Shown: piece after piece, positions 49,355-59,309 of the stretch | Numbering within the stretch: the first letter of the stretch is position 1 | Layout of the letters: each line of letters begins with the position of its first letter | Assembly: GCA_041483195.1 (NCBI GenBank) | Contig: JBGPFC010000003.1 | Location: 32,001 to 96,000, forward strand | DNA: 64,000 nt | Source: Candidatus Eiseniibacteriota bacterium | Lineage (GTDB): Bacteria > Eisenbacteria > RBG-16-71-46 | Reading direction: 5' to 3' | Translations under genes and position numbers: made by a program | The notes under the pieces: model-generated | The model's input: only the letters and a program-made list of their open reading frames with translations | Told to the model about the DNA's origin: nothing | Database searches by the model: none

Positions 49355-49370
49355 TGGCAGATTCCTTGCT
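49355..49370 (+). promoter_or_regulatory. Sigma54 -24/-12 promoter
   Basis: TGGCAGATTCCTTGCT against consensus TGGCACGNNNNTTGCW, with exact GG-N10-GC spacing, in a long intergenic region. Confidence 0.6.
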
Positions 49371-50017
49371 CGGTCCGGGTCCAGGTTTGGGCCGGGCGTT
49401 CCTGTCCGGCCGACGAATTCGACCAGGAGGCTCCACCCGACACGAAGGCCCCGCGCAATTTCACGCTGCAGAGATGAGTCGAAATACCCCCCCCTCGGGG
49501 CATTTTCGAATTTACCCCTCGAAATTCGGAGATTGCCGATGTCTCGCAAGGCCGTGCCGCCATTCATGCCGTCCGCCGCGTGCGCGCCGCTCGCGCCTCT
49601 CCCCGACGCGGCCACCACCGGGACCGCCGCCGTGATGCCCGCCGCGGCCCCGCCGATCCTGTGAACATGACGGGCCACACGCTGTCGCCGCCGGCGAGCC
49701 CGGTCCGTGCCGATGTCGTCGGGATGCACGTCTTCCCCCTCGGAGACGACTCCCGTTCGGTGTCGGTGCGGATCCGGAACGCCGGCGACCGCAAGATTGG
49801 AAGAATCCGGTTCCAGTGGCCGGTGCCCGCGTCGGCTTCCCCCCAGCTGGCGCAACAGTATCGGCGCTGATCGCGCTGCTGCTGGCGGCACCGGTCACCA
49901 TCGTCCGTGCCCCGGAGAAACCGGGTGGCGCCATCCCCGGCTTCGGTCTATAGTCGCGGCTCCGCTCCCCGCGACATGGACGTCAACCACGAGGAATGAT
50001 TCCTCGAGGAGTTCGGC

Positions 50018-50563
50018 ATGCGTCTCTCGATGGTCCTCTGCTTCGCCTCGCTCGCTCTCGCAGCCCCGCTCGCCGCCACCGCGGGCACCACTCTGGTCGG
50101 CGTCGACGGCATGTCCGCCACCGTCATGCAGGAAGGGCAGAGCTCGTTCTCGGGCCTCGGCCTGCGCGCGCGATTCCAGTCCGACCGGTTCGTCGAGGGC
50201 CTCGAGTTCATGCCCACCATGGAATGGTGGCGCAACAACAGCACGGTCCGCCCGTTCGGCATCACATCGAGCCGTCGCGACGCGGCGCTGGCGATGGACG
50301 CGCGCTATTCCTTCAAACACGAGGGGTTCACGCCCTACGTCGGAGGCGGGTACGCGATCCACTTCCTCACGAGCGAGGTGGACGCGCCGACGCTCGGGCT
50401 GCGTCACGCGCAGGACTCGGTCATCAAGGGCGGGCTCGCGGTGCTGGGCGGGGTCTCGATTCCGTTCGGCGAGCGCTTCGCGAACTACATCGAGCTCAAG
50501 TACCACCACGTGACCGACTTCAGACAGCTCAAGCTGAACTGGGGCATTTCCTACCGGCCGTAG
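50018..50563 (+). CDS. Small outer-membrane beta-barrel protein (OmpA/OmpW-like)
   Basis: GAGGAG RBS, signal peptide, TPYVGGG, alternating beta-strands, terminal LNWGISYRP. Confidence 0.82.
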   Translation: MRLSMVLCFASLALAAPLAATAGTTLVGVDGMSATVMQEGQSSFSGLGLRARFQSDRFVEGLEFMPTMEWWRNNSTVRPFGITSSRRDAALAMDARYSFKHEGFTPYVGGGYAIHFLTSEVDAPTLGLRHAQDSVIKGGLAVLGGVSIPFGERFANYIELKYHHVTDFRQLKLNWGISYRP

Positions 50564-50619
50564 CGGCGGCCTCGTCGAAACGAGGCGCGCACGCGCTCAC
50601 GGCCGAGCGCCCCGCGCTC

Positions 50620-51261
50620 TCAGGGGCAGAGGGACGCCGCCCCGCAACCTAGCGCCGAGTTTGCCGAGAAGAAGTCGTCGAGCCAGGCGGAGAGATCGGA
50701 CCCGGTGAGAATGCCGTCGCCATCGTAGTCCGAACGCGCGAACGGCTGGCCCGAGAAATAGTCCGAAAGCCACGCGCTGAGATCGCCCCCGTCCACGCCG
50801 CCGCAGCCGGTCAGATCGAACACCGCGACCGGGACCGTCCGCAGCAGCACGCCATCCGCGTAAACCCGGAGCGTCGCACCCGTGGCCCCCGGTGGATCGC
50901 GATCGCAACCGATCACGTGAAACGTGACCGTGCCGCTGATGTCCGTGAATCTTCGCAGCGCGTGGTACTGGCACAGGTTGTCCACGCCCGGGTCGAGCGG
51001 GTCCAGGCAGATCGCGGCATCCGGGCACCCGCTGAAGTCGAGCACGACGTCCGCGCCGTACATCGGATTCCCGCTCAGCTTGCGCACCACGATCGTGAAC
51101 GCGCCGGCCGGATCGGGAGCGCCGTACGCGTCGTGCCCCACCACCGTGAGCATCGGCGGCACGGTCGAGGCCGAGGCGGAGGGGACATCGCCGAGCGCGG
51201 CGCCCGCGGCGAGCGACGCGAGGGCGAGCATCGTGGCGGTCAATGCTGCGAAGCGTCTCAT
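50620..51261 (-). CDS. Secreted protein with Ig-like and dockerin/EF-hand-like domains
   Basis: Signal peptide; duplicated Ca-loop motifs DLTGCGGVDGGDLSAWL and DYDGDGILTGSDLSAWL. Confidence 0.75.
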   Translation of the reverse strand: MRRFAALTATMLALASLAAGAALGDVPSASASTVPPMLTVVGHDAYGAPDPAGAFTIVVRKLSGNPMYGADVVLDFSGCPDAAICLDPLDPGVDNLCQYHALRRFTDISGTVTFHVIGCDRDPPGATGATLRVYADGVLLRTVPVAVFDLTGCGGVDGGDLSAWLSDYFSGQPFARSDYDGDGILTGSDLSAWLDDFFSANSALGCGAASLCP

Positions 51262-51283
51262 GGTGACTCCGGATCGCGGGCGG

Positions 51284-51748
51284 CTAGAACGAAAACCCGA
51301 GCAGCCCCGGATCCGGCATGAGATCGGGACTCCAGGGGTCGGCGAGCACGTCGACCTCGCATGGCTGGGGGACGACGCTCATGGTGGCCTCCGTCACGTC
51401 CTTGATCAGCTGCGGCGCGTAAGGGCAGAACGGCGTGGTCATCATCATGCGAATCAGGGTCTTGTCCGGCTGGACGTGAATCTCGCGGATCAGGCCGAGG
51501 TCGATCACCGAGAGCGCGATCTCGGGGTCCATCACGGTCTCGAGCGCGGAGCGGATCGCCATCTCCTGCTGGCTCGGAGCCGACGAGGTGAAGGGCGCGG
51601 TCGCGCCGCCGGGAACGGGAGCGGCCGGGGCGGTCGCGCCGGTCGCGGGGCTCGCGCCGCCCGCGGATGGCTGCGGGGCGGGCTCGCCGGGAATCGGCTG
51701 CCCGGTGTGCGGGTTCAGGTGCTTCTCGCTCGGATCGCGATCGGTCAT
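51284..51748 (-). CDS. sufT: DUF59 metal-sulfur cluster assembly factor
   Basis: DPEIALSVIDLGL...TTPFCP...PWSPD; Pro/Ala-rich N-terminal extension. Confidence 0.88.
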   Translation of the reverse strand: MTDRDPSEKHLNPHTGQPIPGEPAPQPSAGGASPATGATAPAAPVPGGATAPFTSSAPSQQEMAIRSALETVMDPEIALSVIDLGLIREIHVQPDKTLIRMMMTTPFCPYAPQLIKDVTEATMSVVPQPCEVDVLADPWSPDLMPDPGLLGFSF

Positions 51749-52068
51749 GCCCAGCCCACCTTGATGTCGTCGCCTTCCACCCGGACCGCGTAGGTCGGCA
51801 CCGGAGCGGTCGCGGGAAGGCAGAGCACCGCTCCGGTCTTCACGTCGAACCGCGCGCCATGGCGCGGACACTCGATCACGTCGCCATCGAGCGGTCCCTC
51901 CGCCAGCGGACCCCCATCGTGCGTGCACACGTCGTCGATCGCGTAGTACCCGTCATCGAGATGGAAGACTGCGACCGGCTGATCGTCGATGCGGACGATC
52001 TTGCAGGTGCCCTTCGCGATCTCGCCCACCCGGGCGACCGTCACGAACGCGCCAGCGACCTCGCTCAT
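51745..52068 (-). CDS. Rieske-type [2Fe-2S] ferredoxin
   Basis: CTHDGG and CPRHGARFD. Confidence 0.93.
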   Translation of the reverse strand: MSEVAGAFVTVARVGEIAKGTCKIVRIDDQPVAVFHLDDGYYAIDDVCTHDGGPLAEGPLDGDVIECPRHGARFDVKTGAVLCLPATAPVPTYAVRVEGDDIKVGWA

Positions 52069-52478
52069 CGCTCCTCCCCCTCTTCGCCCTCGCCGGGCCA
52101 GGCGTGCAGGCCGTAGACGCCGCCCTTCAGGGTCTTGAGCGCGAGCAGCGCGCACTTGAGGCGCACCGGGCCCAGCTCGATCCCCAGCATCTCGAGCACG
52201 TCCTCGCGCGAGATCTTCTTCGCCTCCTCGAGCGGCATGCCCTCGAGCTTCTCGCACAGCATCGAGGCCGAGGCCTGGCTGATCGAGCACCCCACCCCCG
52301 AGAAACGCACCGTCTCGATCTTCCCCTGGTTGATCTTGAAGTCCATGCGCAGCCGGTCGCCGCACAGCGGGTTCGCGTCTTCGTAGCTCACGTCGGGATG
52401 ATCGAGCGTGCCGTGGTGTCGCGGGTGCTTGTAGTGGTCGAGGATGTTCTCGCGATACAGCTCGTTCCACTCGCTCAT
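52065..52478 (-). CDS. sufU: SUF-system U-type scaffold / sulfur-transfer protein
   Basis: ILDHYKHPR, NPLCGD, GCSISQASAS, RLKCA. Confidence 0.9.
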   Translation of the reverse strand: MSEWNELYRENILDHYKHPRHHGTLDHPDVSYEDANPLCGDRLRMDFKINQGKIETVRFSGVGCSISQASASMLCEKLEGMPLEEAKKISREDVLEMLGIELGPVRLKCALLALKTLKGGVYGLHAWPGEGEEGEER

Positions 52479-53743
52479 CGCGCGAACACCTTGCGCGCCT
52501 TGTGGAGCCCCGTCACCAGGGCGTCCACGTCCTCCGGGAGGTTGTAACAGTGGAACGAGGCGCGCGCCGAGGCCGGCACGCCGAGCTTCTCGTGGAGCGG
52601 CATCGCGCAATGATGGCCGGCGCGCACGCACACCCCGTCGCCGTCGAGCACGGTGGCGACGTCGTGCGGATGGATGTCGCCGAGCGTGAACGCCACCACG
52701 CCCCCGCGCTTCGCGGGCGGCGGACCGAGCAGGGCGAGGTCCGGCACCTCGCGCAGGCGCTCGAAAGCGTAGGCCGCCAGCTCGCGGTCGTGCGCGAACA
52801 CCGCGTCCATGCCGAGCGCCGTCAGATAGTCGACCGCCGCGCCGAAGCCAACCGCCTCGGCGATCGCCATGGTCCCGGCCTCGAACTTCCACGGCAGGTC
52901 GTTCCACTTCGAGCCGGTGAGCTTGACCTCGCGGATCATCTCGCCGCCGCCCAGGAACGGCGGCATCGCCTCGAGCAGCTCGCGCCGGCCCCACAGCGCG
53001 CCGATGCCGGTGGGCCCGAGCATCTTGTGGCTGGTGAACGCGACGAAGTCGGCGCCCAGCGCCTTCACGTCGACCGGGCAGTGCGGCACGCTCTGCGAGG
53101 CGTCCACCACCATCACCGCGCCCACGGCGTGCGCCTGCCTGGCGATCTCGGCGACCGGGTTCACGGTGCCGAGCACGTTGGAGATGTGCACGACCGAGAC
53201 CAGCTTCACGCGCCCGTCCGCGAGCAGGCCCGGCAGCGCTCCGAGTTCCAGCTCGCCGCCGCGCGTCACCGGGATGAAACGCAGCACGACGCCCCGCTCG
53301 TCGCCGAGGATCTGCCATGGCACGAGGTTCGAGTGGTGCTCCATCTCGGTGAGCACGATCGCGTCGCCCGCGCGCAGGTTGGACCTGCCCCAGGAGTAGG
53401 CGATCAGGTTGAGCGCCTCGGTGCTGTTGCGCGTGAAGATCAGCTCGCGCGGCGTGGCGGCGCCAACGAACGCCGCGACCCGCCGCCGCGCGTCTTCGTA
53501 GGCGGCGGTCGCCTGTTCGGCGATGCCGTAGATCCCGCGGTGGATGTTGGCGTTGAAGCTCGAGTAGTAGTGCGTCATCGCGTCGAGCACCGCGTCTGGC
53601 TTCTGCGAGGTGGCCGCGCTGTCGAGGTAGACGAGACGCTTCGCGCGCGGCTCGCGGAAGATCGGGAATTGCTCGCGCACCGCGCGAGGGTCGAACGTTC
53701 GGACGCTCGCCGGAGCGGCTCCCGCCGGATGGAAGTGCCTCAC
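52475..53743 (-). CDS. sufS: Class II cysteine desulfurase
   Basis: YLDSAATSQKP, MEHHSN, SHKMLGPTG, RAGHHCA. Confidence 0.95.
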   Translation of the reverse strand: MRHFHPAGAAPASVRTFDPRAVREQFPIFREPRAKRLVYLDSAATSQKPDAVLDAMTHYYSSFNANIHRGIYGIAEQATAAYEDARRRVAAFVGAATPRELIFTRNSTEALNLIAYSWGRSNLRAGDAIVLTEMEHHSNLVPWQILGDERGVVLRFIPVTRGGELELGALPGLLADGRVKLVSVVHISNVLGTVNPVAEIARQAHAVGAVMVVDASQSVPHCPVDVKALGADFVAFTSHKMLGPTGIGALWGRRELLEAMPPFLGGGEMIREVKLTGSKWNDLPWKFEAGTMAIAEAVGFGAAVDYLTALGMDAVFAHDRELAAYAFERLREVPDLALLGPPPAKRGGVVAFTLGDIHPHDVATVLDGDGVCVRAGHHCAMPLHEKLGVPASARASFHCYNLPEDVDALVTGLHKARKVFAR

Positions 53744-53747
53744 GGGT

Positions 53748-55091
53748 TCACCCGATCTTGCGCTGAATGACCTGCCGCAGTTGCTCGCGCACGCTCTCCA
53801 GCGGAATGCGGTCGAGCACCGGGACGAAGAAGCCCTCGACGATCAGTCGCTGCGCCTCGAGCCGCGGCAGGCCGCGCGACATGAGATAGTACATCTGCTC
53901 GTCGTCCACGTGCCCGATGGTCGCGCCGTGCGTGCAGCGCACGTCGTTCGCGAGGATCTCGAGGCCCGGAATGCTGTCGGCGCGCGCCTGGTCGGAGAGC
54001 AGCAGGTTGCGGTTCGCCTGATAGGCATCGGTGCGCTGAGCGCCCTCGCTCACCTGGATCAGCCCCTGGTACACGCTGCGCGCACGGTCCTTGAGACAGC
54101 CCTTGATGAGCAGGTCGCTGGTGGTGTGGTCCACGAGATGGCGCTGCAGCGTGTGCAGGTGAAAGTGCTGCCGCGCGTCGCCGAACATGAACCCGTGCAC
54201 GTACGCCGCCGCGCCCTGGCCGGCGAGATCGAAGTACGAATTGGTCTTGGTCATGCGGCTGCCGAGGATGGTCTGGATCCACTGCAGCTCGCTGTCGCGG
54301 CCGACTCGCGCGCGCTGGTTGCCGTAGTGGTACACGTTGCGGCCCCAGTCCTGAAGCGTGCCGAACACCAGCTTCGAGCCGTCCCCCACGAACACCTCGG
54401 TGCCGCCGCAGTGCATCGAGACGCCCTCGGCCGCCTCGCTCAGCTGCTCCTCGATGACGGTGGCCTTCGCGTCGCGGCCCAGCACCACGAGCGTGCGCGG
54501 CGCCGCGAACTTCGAGGCGCCGTCGAGCCAGTGGAGCAGCCGGATCGGCACCGCGGCCTCGACGCCGTCCGGCACGTACACGAACGCGCCACCCGAGCGC
54601 AGCGCGGCGCCCACCGCGACGTACCAGTCGTAATCGGGGGCCAGCAGCGCGCCGAACGTTTCGCGCAGCAGGTCGCCGTGCTCGCGCAGCGCGCGATCGA
54701 GCGAGCACACCACGACGCCCTGCTGATCGAGCGCGGGGTGGGAGCGCTCCATGACCGCTTCGCCGTTGCGCTGCACGACGAGCCCGAACTGTCCGGCGTC
54801 GATCGCGAGGCACGCGCGCAGCTCCGCGGGGAGGTCTTCGAGGCGCTGGGCGTGCGCGGTCCCGGCGAACGGATCGAGCCCGGGGAGCGCGGCCTCGAGC
54901 GAACGGAAATCGGTGCGGCGCCACAGCTCGTCCTCGCGGCTCGGGAACGCCAGCGAGCGTGCGATCTCGGCGGCCTCGCGCCGGCGCGCGAGCGCCCACT
55001 CGGGCTCGCGGCGCTCGGTGGCGCGGGCGATCGCGCGCGCCGCCCACTCCGCGTCGAAACCGGTCGCGGGGCCGATGGAGGTCGTCGTCAT
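53748..55091 (-). CDS. sufD: Fe-S assembly protein SufD
   Basis: [45 protein letters not shown]. Confidence 0.93.
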   Translation of the reverse strand: MTTTSIGPATGFDAEWAARAIARATERREPEWALARRREAAEIARSLAFPSREDELWRRTDFRSLEAALPGLDPFAGTAHAQRLEDLPAELRACLAIDAGQFGLVVQRNGEAVMERSHPALDQQGVVVCSLDRALREHGDLLRETFGALLAPDYDWYVAVGAALRSGGAFVYVPDGVEAAVPIRLLHWLDGASKFAAPRTLVVLGRDAKATVIEEQLSEAAEGVSMHCGGTEVFVGDGSKLVFGTLQDWGRNVYHYGNQRARVGRDSELQWIQTILGSRMTKTNSYFDLAGQGAAAYVHGFMFGDARQHFHLHTLQRHLVDHTTSDLLIKGCLKDRARSVYQGLIQVSEGAQRTDAYQANRNLLLSDQARADSIPGLEILANDVRCTHGATIGHVDDEQMYYLMSRGLPRLEAQRLIVEGFFVPVLDRIPLESVREQLRQVIQRKIG

Positions 55092-56497
55092 CCGACCGAG
55101 CCCTCCATCTGGAGCTGGATCAGGCGGTTCATCTCGACGGCGTATTCCATCGGCAATTCCTTCACGATCGGCTCGATGAAGCCCGAGACGATCATCGCCG
55201 CCGCCTCTTCCTTGGGGATGCCGCGGCTCTGGAGATAGAACAGCTGCTCGTCGCCGATCTTCGAGACCGTCGCCTCGTGGCCGATCGAGACCTTGTCCTC
55301 CTCGATCTCCATGTAGGGATAGGTGTCGGAGCGCGAATCCTCGTCGAGCAGCAGCGCGTCGCAGTTCACCGTGCTGCGGCAGTTGGTCGCGCCCTTCTGC
55401 ACCTTGACCAGCCCGCGGTAGCCGGCGCGCCCGCCGTCCTTGCTGATGGACTTCGAGATGATCTTGCTCGTGGTGTTGGGCGCGCAGTGCACCACCTTGC
55501 CGCCCGCGTCCTGGTGCTGTCCCTTGCCGGCGAACGCGATCGAGAGGATCTCGCCGTGCGCGCCCGGCTCCATCATGTACACGCTCGGGTACTTCATCGT
55601 GAGCTTGGATCCCAGGTTGCCGTCCACCCACTCCATGGTCGCGTCGCGGTAGGCGAGCGCGCGCTTGGTGACCAGGTTGTAAACGTTGTTCGACCAGTTC
55701 TGGATGGTGGTGTAGCGGCAGCGCGCGCCGGGCTTCACGATGATCTCGACCACCGCCGAATGGAGCGAGTCGCTGGTGAAAATGGGCGCGGTACAGCCCT
55801 CGACATAATGCACGAACGCGCCTTCGTCCACGATGATCAGCGTGCGCTCGAACTGGCCCATGTCGCGCGTGTTGATGCGGAAGTAGGCCTGGAGCGGCAC
55901 GTCCACGTGGACGCCCTTCGGCACGTAGATGAACGAGCCGCCCGACCACACCGCCGAGTTGAGCGCAGCGAACTTGTTGTCGGCGGGCGGAATCACCGTT
56001 GCGAAGTATTCCTTGAAGAGCGCCTCGTGATCGCGCAACGCGTGATCGGCCGACAGGAAGATGACGCCGAGCTTCTCGAGGTGCTCTTTGATCTTGTGAT
56101 AGACCACCTCGGAGTCGTACTGCGCGCCAACGCCGGCGAGGAACTTCTGCTCGGCCTCTGGAATGCCGAGCTTGTTGAAGGTGCGCTTCATGTCGGCGGG
56201 CACGTCCTCCCAGGACTTCACTTCAGCGGAGGTGGGCTTCACGTAATAGAAGATGTTCTGGAAATCGATCTGCGACAGATCGCCGCCCCAGCCGGGCAGG
56301 GGCTTCTTCCAGAAGGTCTCGAGCGACTTGAGGCGGAACTCCCGCATCCACTGCGGCTCGCCCTTCAGGTCGCAGATCTGGTTGATGATCTCGGGATCGA
56401 GGCCGCGGCGGGACTTGAACACCGACTGCTCCTCGTCGTGGAAGCCGTACTTCTCAGCGTAGCCCTGGCGGAGGTCGAGATTCGGAGCGGTGCTCAT
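55088..56497 (-). CDS. sufB: Fe-S assembly protein SufB
   Basis: [43 protein letters not shown]. Confidence 0.96.
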   Translation of the reverse strand: MSTAPNLDLRQGYAEKYGFHDEEQSVFKSRRGLDPEIINQICDLKGEPQWMREFRLKSLETFWKKPLPGWGGDLSQIDFQNIFYYVKPTSAEVKSWEDVPADMKRTFNKLGIPEAEQKFLAGVGAQYDSEVVYHKIKEHLEKLGVIFLSADHALRDHEALFKEYFATVIPPADNKFAALNSAVWSGGSFIYVPKGVHVDVPLQAYFRINTRDMGQFERTLIIVDEGAFVHYVEGCTAPIFTSDSLHSAVVEIIVKPGARCRYTTIQNWSNNVYNLVTKRALAYRDATMEWVDGNLGSKLTMKYPSVYMMEPGAHGEILSIAFAGKGQHQDAGGKVVHCAPNTTSKIISKSISKDGGRAGYRGLVKVQKGATNCRSTVNCDALLLDEDSRSDTYPYMEIEEDKVSIGHEATVSKIGDEQLFYLQSRGIPKEEAAAMIVSGFIEPIVKELPMEYAVEMNRLIQLQMEGSVG

Positions 56498-57297
56498 GAC
56501 GCCTCCACTTCCTTGCCGTCCTTCACCCAGTCGTAGCCGCGGCTCTCGAGCTGATGCGCGAGGTCGGCCCCGCCCGACAGCTGGATGCGCCCGTCCACCA
56601 TGACGTGCACGAAGTGCGGGTGGACATAATTCAGGATCCGCTGGTAGTGCGTGATGATCAGCACCCCCATCCCGGGTCCGGCGAGCGCGTTCACGCCCTC
56701 CGACACGATGCGCAGCGCGTCGATGTCGAGGCCGGAGTCGGTCTCGTCCATGATCGCGATCTCGGGCTTGAGCAGCGCCATCTGGAGGATCTCGGCGCGC
56801 TTCTTCTCGCCCCCCGAGAAACCGTCGTTGAGATAGCGCCCCGCGAAGCTCGGGTCCATGTGGAGCAGCGCCATCTTCTCGGTGAGCAGCGCGCGGAATT
56901 CCTTCGGGGCGATGCCGCGCCGGGTCGGCATCGCGCCGTCGCCGTTGGTGTCGGGCGGCGCGAGCCGCGCGTTGAGGGCGGTGCGCAGGAAATTGGCCAT
57001 CGTGACGCCGGGGATCGCGACCGGGTACTGGAACGCCATGAAGAGCCCGGCGCGCGAGCGCTCGTCGGCTTCCATCTCGAGCACGCTCTGGCCGCGGAAC
57101 AGGATGTCTCCGCCCGTCACCTCGTAGCGCGGATGGCCCATCAGGGTGTTCGCGAACGTGCTCTTGCCCGAGCCGTTCGGCCCCATCAGGGCGTGGATCT
57201 CGCCCTTGCGGACCTCGAGGCTCAGGCCCTTCAGGATTTCCTTGCCCTCCACCGCGACGCGGAGGTCCTTGACGATCAGTTCAGGCGTCTGACTCAT
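56494..57297 (-). CDS. sufC: Fe-S assembly ATPase SufC
   Basis: [41 protein letters not shown]. Confidence 0.96.
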   Translation of the reverse strand: MSQTPELIVKDLRVAVEGKEILKGLSLEVRKGEIHALMGPNGSGKSTFANTLMGHPRYEVTGGDILFRGQSVLEMEADERSRAGLFMAFQYPVAIPGVTMANFLRTALNARLAPPDTNGDGAMPTRRGIAPKEFRALLTEKMALLHMDPSFAGRYLNDGFSGGEKKRAEILQMALLKPEIAIMDETDSGLDIDALRIVSEGVNALAGPGMGVLIITHYQRILNYVHPHFVHVMVDGRIQLSGGADLAHQLESRGYDWVKDGKEVEAS

Positions 57298-57393
57298 GTC
57301 GGGCTTTCCTGGCCGCCGCGCGCGGCGGGACGTGGAGCGGGAAGCGCCGCCTCACCGACGGCCGCCCCGCGACTCCTTGAGAGCTGCGCGAAC

Positions 57394-57762
57394 CTACGCT
57401 GTGAAGCTTTCGCCGCAGGCGCAGCTGTGACGCACGTTCGGATTGTTGAACTTGAACCCCGAGCCCATCAGGCCCTCGACGTAGTCCACGACGGTGCCGG
57501 CGAGCAGCAACCCGCTCTTGGTGTCGACCACCAGCTTCACGCCGTGGCTCTCGATCAGATCGTCGCCCGCCTCCGCCGCCTCGCAGAACTCCATGAAGTA
57601 CGAATTGCCGGAGCATCCGCCGCCGCGCACGCCGATGCGCAGGCACTGCTCCGACGTCCCGCGCTGCGCGATCAGCTCCTGCACCTTCAGCGACGCTCCC
57701 GGGGTCAGCGAAACCGGGCCCTTCACGGCCGGGCTGTTGATACCGATGATTGGAAGATCCAT
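57394..57762 (-). CDS. sufA: A-type Fe-S carrier (HesB/IscA/SufA family)
   Basis: GGGCSG and NPN...CACGESF. Confidence 0.9.
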   Translation of the reverse strand: MDLPIIGINSPAVKGPVSLTPGASLKVQELIAQRGTSEQCLRIGVRGGGCSGNSYFMEFCEAAEAGDDLIESHGVKLVVDTKSGLLLAGTVVDYVEGLMGSGFKFNNPNVRHSCACGESFTA

Positions 57763-57767
57763 GGTCC

Positions 57768-58322
57768 TCACTCGATCTCTTCGACTCGAACGAATCCCGC
57801 ACGCGGCGCTCTGCGCGCCGAGCCGGGGGCTGACGTGATTCCGGCGACCAGCGCCGGCTCATTCCGCATGCCGTGATCCTGGCTGCATCCCACGCACACC
57901 TTCACATGCGACGGCGTCGCGCACTCGCGGCAGGTCTCGAGATAGGCGAGTCCGCGCTCGAGCTCCCGCTCGAGGTCTCCAAAGCGCCTGACCGACTCGC
58001 GGGTGTCGGCGAGCTTGCGCACGAACAGCGTGCGCAGGCGGTCCATCGCGTCCGGACCCAGTCCCGCGCTCCACCACGACTGGAGCACCTCGCGCATCTC
58101 GTGGAGCGAGAATCCGAGTCCGTGGAGCAGATCGATCCAGCGCACGCGCTCGACCGCGCCCGGATCGTAGAGGCGGAATCCGCCGCTGGTTCGGGTCGCG
58201 GGCTTCAGCAGGCCGAGCTCTTCGTACAGGTGGATCGCGCGGACCGTCTTGCCGGTCTGGCGCGCGAGATCACCGATGCGAAGGAGCTGGCTGCGATCGC
58301 TTGTCGAATTGGTCTGGATCAT
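57768..58322 (-). CDS. MerR-family transcriptional regulator with C-terminal CX2CX8CX2C motif
   Basis: RIGDLARQTGKTVRAIHLYEELGLL...RTSGGFRLY...LGFSLHEM wHTH, coiled coil, CRECATPSHVKVCVGC. Confidence 0.92.
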   Translation of the reverse strand: MIQTNSTSDRSQLLRIGDLARQTGKTVRAIHLYEELGLLKPATRTSGGFRLYDPGAVERVRWIDLLHGLGFSLHEMREVLQSWWSAGLGPDAMDRLRTLFVRKLADTRESVRRFGDLERELERGLAYLETCRECATPSHVKVCVGCSQDHGMRNEPALVAGITSAPGSARRAPRAGFVRVEEIE

Positions 58323-58344
58323 ACCCTTACGTGCGCGTTAGAGT
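58323..58344. promoter_or_regulatory. Imperfect palindrome, candidate MerR-family operator
   Basis: ACCCTTACG-TGCG-CGTTAGAGT (7 of 9 arm positions complementary), abutting the merR ATG. Confidence 0.6.
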
Positions 58345-58352
58345 GCGCCCAG

Positions 58353-58381
58353 AAGCTAATGGATCCACGCGATTTCGTCAA
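58353..58381 (-). promoter_or_regulatory. Sigma70 promoter of the merR-suf operon
   Basis: Minus strand TTGACG-17 nt-TAGCTT. Confidence 0.65.
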
Positions 58382-58432
58382 GATTCCTGGACCGCAGGAT
58401 TTTGGGGCGGTTGGCCCAGCCCGCGGCCGGGT

Positions 58433-59281
58433 TCAGACCCCGTCGCCCTTGAAATCGGACTCTCCCGTGACCTCGTTCGGGGGGTGGACCGGGACCTCCC
58501 CCGCCAGCTCATCGACGATGGTTTCCGGGGTACGGTCCGGCACCCTCCGATAGATCACGCCCAGCTTGAAGCGGTCGCCGTCCGCCGCCTCGAGCGCACG
58601 CGCGTAGTCGGTGGGGTCCCAGCTCTCGGGCAGCAGCTCGCAGCGCCGGTACACCTGCTCCGCGTACTCCGGCTTCTGATAGGTCACGCAGCCCGCGAGC
58701 ACGTGCAGGAACGCGAAGCCCGGGTACTCAATCGCCTCGCGGAACATCTTTCGCAGGTGCGGGAGGTTCCCGGCGTGGGTTCGCGCGACGAACCCGCAGC
58801 CCGACGACAGCACCAGCAGCACCGGATTGAGCGGCTGTTCCTCCGCTCCGGCGAGGCCGCGATCGTGCTTGAACTCGGTCGCGGTGGTGGGCGACGCCTG
58901 TCCCTTGGTGAGCCCGTAGATGCCGTTGTCGAGCACCGCGTACGTGATCGGCACGTTGCGCCGGATCGCGTGCGGGATGTGACCGAGCCCGATGCTGAAG
59001 CCGTCGCCGTCGCCGCCCACCACGACGGTGGTGATCTCGGGGCGCGCGACCTTGAGCCCGGTCGCGATCGGCAGGGCGCGGCCGTGAATGGAATTGAAGG
59101 CGTACGACCGGGTGTAACCCGGCAGCCGGCTCGAGCACCCGATGCCCGAGATCACCGCCAGCTTCTCGGGCGCGATCGCGAGGTCGCTGAGGGCCTGCGT
59201 CAGGCCCTTGAGCACGCCGTAGTCTCCGCACCCGGTGCACCACACCGGCTCGAGATCGGAGCGATAGTCCTTCGGTTTCAC
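58433..59281 (-). CDS. korB: 2-oxoacid:ferredoxin oxidoreductase beta subunit
   Basis: WCTGCGD, SGIGCSS, HGRALP, GDGDG, DNGIYGLTKGQASPT; GGAGGAGG RBS, GTG start. Confidence 0.93.
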   Translation of the reverse strand: MKPKDYRSDLEPVWCTGCGDYGVLKGLTQALSDLAIAPEKLAVISGIGCSSRLPGYTRSYAFNSIHGRALPIATGLKVARPEITTVVVGGDGDGFSIGLGHIPHAIRRNVPITYAVLDNGIYGLTKGQASPTTATEFKHDRGLAGAEEQPLNPVLLVLSSGCGFVARTHAGNLPHLRKMFREAIEYPGFAFLHVLAGCVTYQKPEYAEQVYRRCELLPESWDPTDYARALEAADGDRFKLGVIYRRVPDRTPETIVDELAGEVPVHPPNEVTGESDFKGDGV

Positions 59282-59309
59282 GGTCTCACCTCCTCCAGGG
59301 AACTCGCGG

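Noticed and set aside
49662..49664. Selenocysteine readthrough of the TGA ending the 41 aa ORF
   Set aside because: A second in-frame TGA follows one codon later and there is no redox motif context.
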